Shown here in pieces: positions 62,392 to 64,000 of a DNA stretch of 64,000 nucleotides. Below the pieces are notes generated by a model. The model worked only from the letters and a program-made list of their open reading frames with translations, had not been told where the DNA came from and ran no database searches. Within the stretch, counting starts at the first letter, position 1, and the number at the start of each line of letters is the position of its first letter. The stretch spans positions 2,115 through 66,114 of the forward strand of contig CAYRHW010000002.1 in the NCBI GenBank assembly GCA_964424305.1. Direction: 5' to 3'. This stretch comes from an uncultured Candidatus Saccharibacteria bacterium. GTDB taxonomy: Bacteria; Patescibacteriota; Minisyncoccia; Minisyncoccales; Staskawiczbacteraceae. Position numbers and translations under genes: made by a program.

Positions 62392-62669
62392 ATCCTAATC
62401 GATAAGGCTTAAAAGCCTAAATAATTATTAAAATATTCTCCTTCGTCTAACCCTATTAATTTTACGACTGCCTATATAACTACAAAAACCCTAAATCCTT
62501 AGGGTAACTCCCGGCTCCCTCTTCGAAAAACATTTTGAAGATTAATAGAGTCGGGTGATAAACTTTAAGTTATGAGAAAAAAAGAAAATAAGGCACCTTT
62601 TTTTGATATCTCTACTAATTATAGTTATATAGATGTTTTTGTCAATAGCTTGCAGCGGATAACACAAAT

Positions 62670-63782
62670 TTAAACCCTAACCTTCATACTTTGTAGAAGT
62701 CCAAGCCCAACAAAAGTTCCTATCAAACCAGACCCTCCATAGCTAACCAGTGGCAAATAAATACCGATCACGGGCAATAATCCTAAATTCATCCCGATGT
62801 TTATAGAAAAATGGGCAATTAGAATAATGGCAAAGCCGGAAGCAAAAAGCCTAGGGAAATTAGATGTAGCTGTAATCGCGATCCTAATTATCCGCCAGAT
62901 TAGAATAAAATAAAGGGACAACATAACTAGTACACCGACTAGGCCAAACTCTTCTGCAAAGGAGGCGAAGATAAAATCAGTATGTGGTTCTGGTAAAAAC
63001 CCGTACTGAGTTTGAGACCCTTTCGTGAATCCCTGCCCGAATATTTGTCCGGAACCTATGGCAATTTCTGCTTGGTTTTGACTCCAAGAAGAACCCAATG
63101 GATCTTTCGGGAAAAGGAAACTTGAAATCCTATCTTTCTGATAATCTTTTAATAAAAACTGCCACGAGAAACCCACCACTAAAATGGCGCAGAAACAAAG
63201 AATCAAAAAATGCTTAATTCTAATCCCGGAGATAAGTAATGTGGCCAGCCATATTATCATCAAAATTATTACCGACCCCATGTCCGGCTGGAGAAACATT
63301 AGCAGAGAGGGAATAACTACATAAATTCCAGAAAAGATGATATGCCTAAAGCTGTACATTTCTACGTGCCTCATCGAGAAATATTTCGCCAATAAAATAA
63401 TCAATATTAATTTGGCGGGCTCGATGGGGTCAAAGGAAAGCCCCCCTAATTTATACCACCCCCTCTTTCCCCTTATTTCCGGCGCTAGGAAAAAAACCCC
63501 GACCAATAGCAAAAGGGAGATAAAATACAAAATCAAAATTAGGTAGGGATTATTTCTCAATATTCTGTAATTAAAGAAACTGATGATAAACATCAGGATA
63601 AGGCCGACTACAAAGAATATTATTTGTTTTTTAAAGTTAAAAAAGTCTCCCTTCCTTAGAGAGGAACTATAGAGTGCAACCAATCCTATGCCAGCCAATA
63701 AAACAGAACAAATAATCATTGGCCAGTCCAATTTTCTAAAGTGAGCCCTTAGGGGCCTTAAAGATAAAATATCTAATAACAC
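62670..63782 (-). CDS. SEDS-family peptidoglycan glycosyltransferase (FtsW/RodA)
   Basis: There are about 10 TM helices with conserved SEDS loops (FQPSE-like LQPDMGS, GLLPVIGIYLPLVSYGGSG). Length is 370 aa. Confidence 0.8.
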   Translation of the reverse strand: MLLDILSLRPLRAHFRKLDWPMIICSVLLAGIGLVALYSSSLRKGDFFNFKKQIIFFVVGLILMFIISFFNYRILRNNPYLILILYFISLLLLVGVFFLAPEIRGKRGWYKLGGLSFDPIEPAKLILIILLAKYFSMRHVEMYSFRHIIFSGIYVVIPSLLMFLQPDMGSVIILMIIWLATLLISGIRIKHFLILCFCAILVVGFSWQFLLKDYQKDRISSFLFPKDPLGSSWSQNQAEIAIGSGQIFGQGFTKGSQTQYGFLPEPHTDFIFASFAEEFGLVGVLVMLSLYFILIWRIIRIAITATSNFPRLFASGFAIILIAHFSINIGMNLGLLPVIGIYLPLVSYGGSGLIGTFVGLGLLQSMKVRV

Positions 63783-63786
63783 GTTT

Positions 63787-64000
63787 TTACTTAATTAAAT
63801 TAAGAAAATCTTCTTCTCCTAGTATCTTAACGCCTAACTTTTCTGCTTTCTGCATTTTTGATCCAGGGTTCTCCCCGACCACAACAAAACTAGTATTCTT
63901 TGAAACGGATTCTGTGGCTTCGCCACCCAATTTTACAACCTCCTCTTTTGCCTGCTCCCTAGACATTGTATCTAATTCCCCAGTGAATACAAATGTTTTA
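63787..64000 (-). CDS. ligA: NAD-dependent DNA ligase, C-terminal BRCT end (partial, truncated by the window edge)
   Basis: The minus-strand translation ends ...GELDTMSREQAKEEVVKLGGEATESVSKNTSFVVVGENPGSKMQKAEKLGVKILGEEDFLNLIK*, the BRCT domain of LigA. The stop lies 4 bp before the ftsW/rodA start. Confidence 0.7.
   Translation of the reverse strand, partial: KTFVFTGELDTMSREQAKEEVVKLGGEATESVSKNTSFVVVGENPGSKMQKAEKLGVKILGEEDFLNLIK

Overview
This is a low-GC, gene-dense bacterial segment. Mostly minus-strand housekeeping genes are tightly packed and often overlap by 4-8 bp. The architecture is typical of small-genome Patescibacteria/CPR-like bacteria; that assignment is an inference from composition and gene content.

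Clearly recognisable genes include rpoD-dnaG, proS, htpX-lemA, groES-groEL, uvrA, secG, rnj, trpS, rpsF-ssb-rpsR, recA, ftsK, pgeF, rpoB-rpoC, ftsW and a partial ligA. There are two intact tRNAs, Ser-GGA and Leu-CAG.

Three regions stand out:

1. A tRNA-Asn(GUU) gene at the left edge is interrupted by a ~217-nt group I intron. It has an IC3-like core and several GNRA tetraloop hairpins.

2. A GC-richer ~2.2-kb insertion between groES and uvrA carries two divergent sigma-70-family paralogs. Each has its own terminator of the same design.

3. A ~24.5-kb accessory locus (16.8-41.2 kb) holds two giant membrane-anchored surface proteins of 3992 and 3358 aa. The two share conserved N- and C-terminal modules but have unrelated repeat-rich middles. 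Each is followed directly by one or two copies of a small conserved membrane-protein family. Between the two cassettes lies a GC-rich secreted cysteine-peptidase-like gene with a PEP-CTERM/LPXTG-like sorting tail.

This giant-protein / small-partner cassette is the best candidate for an undescribed cell-surface system, possibly for host attachment or contact. All calls rest on sequence inspection only; no searches were run.
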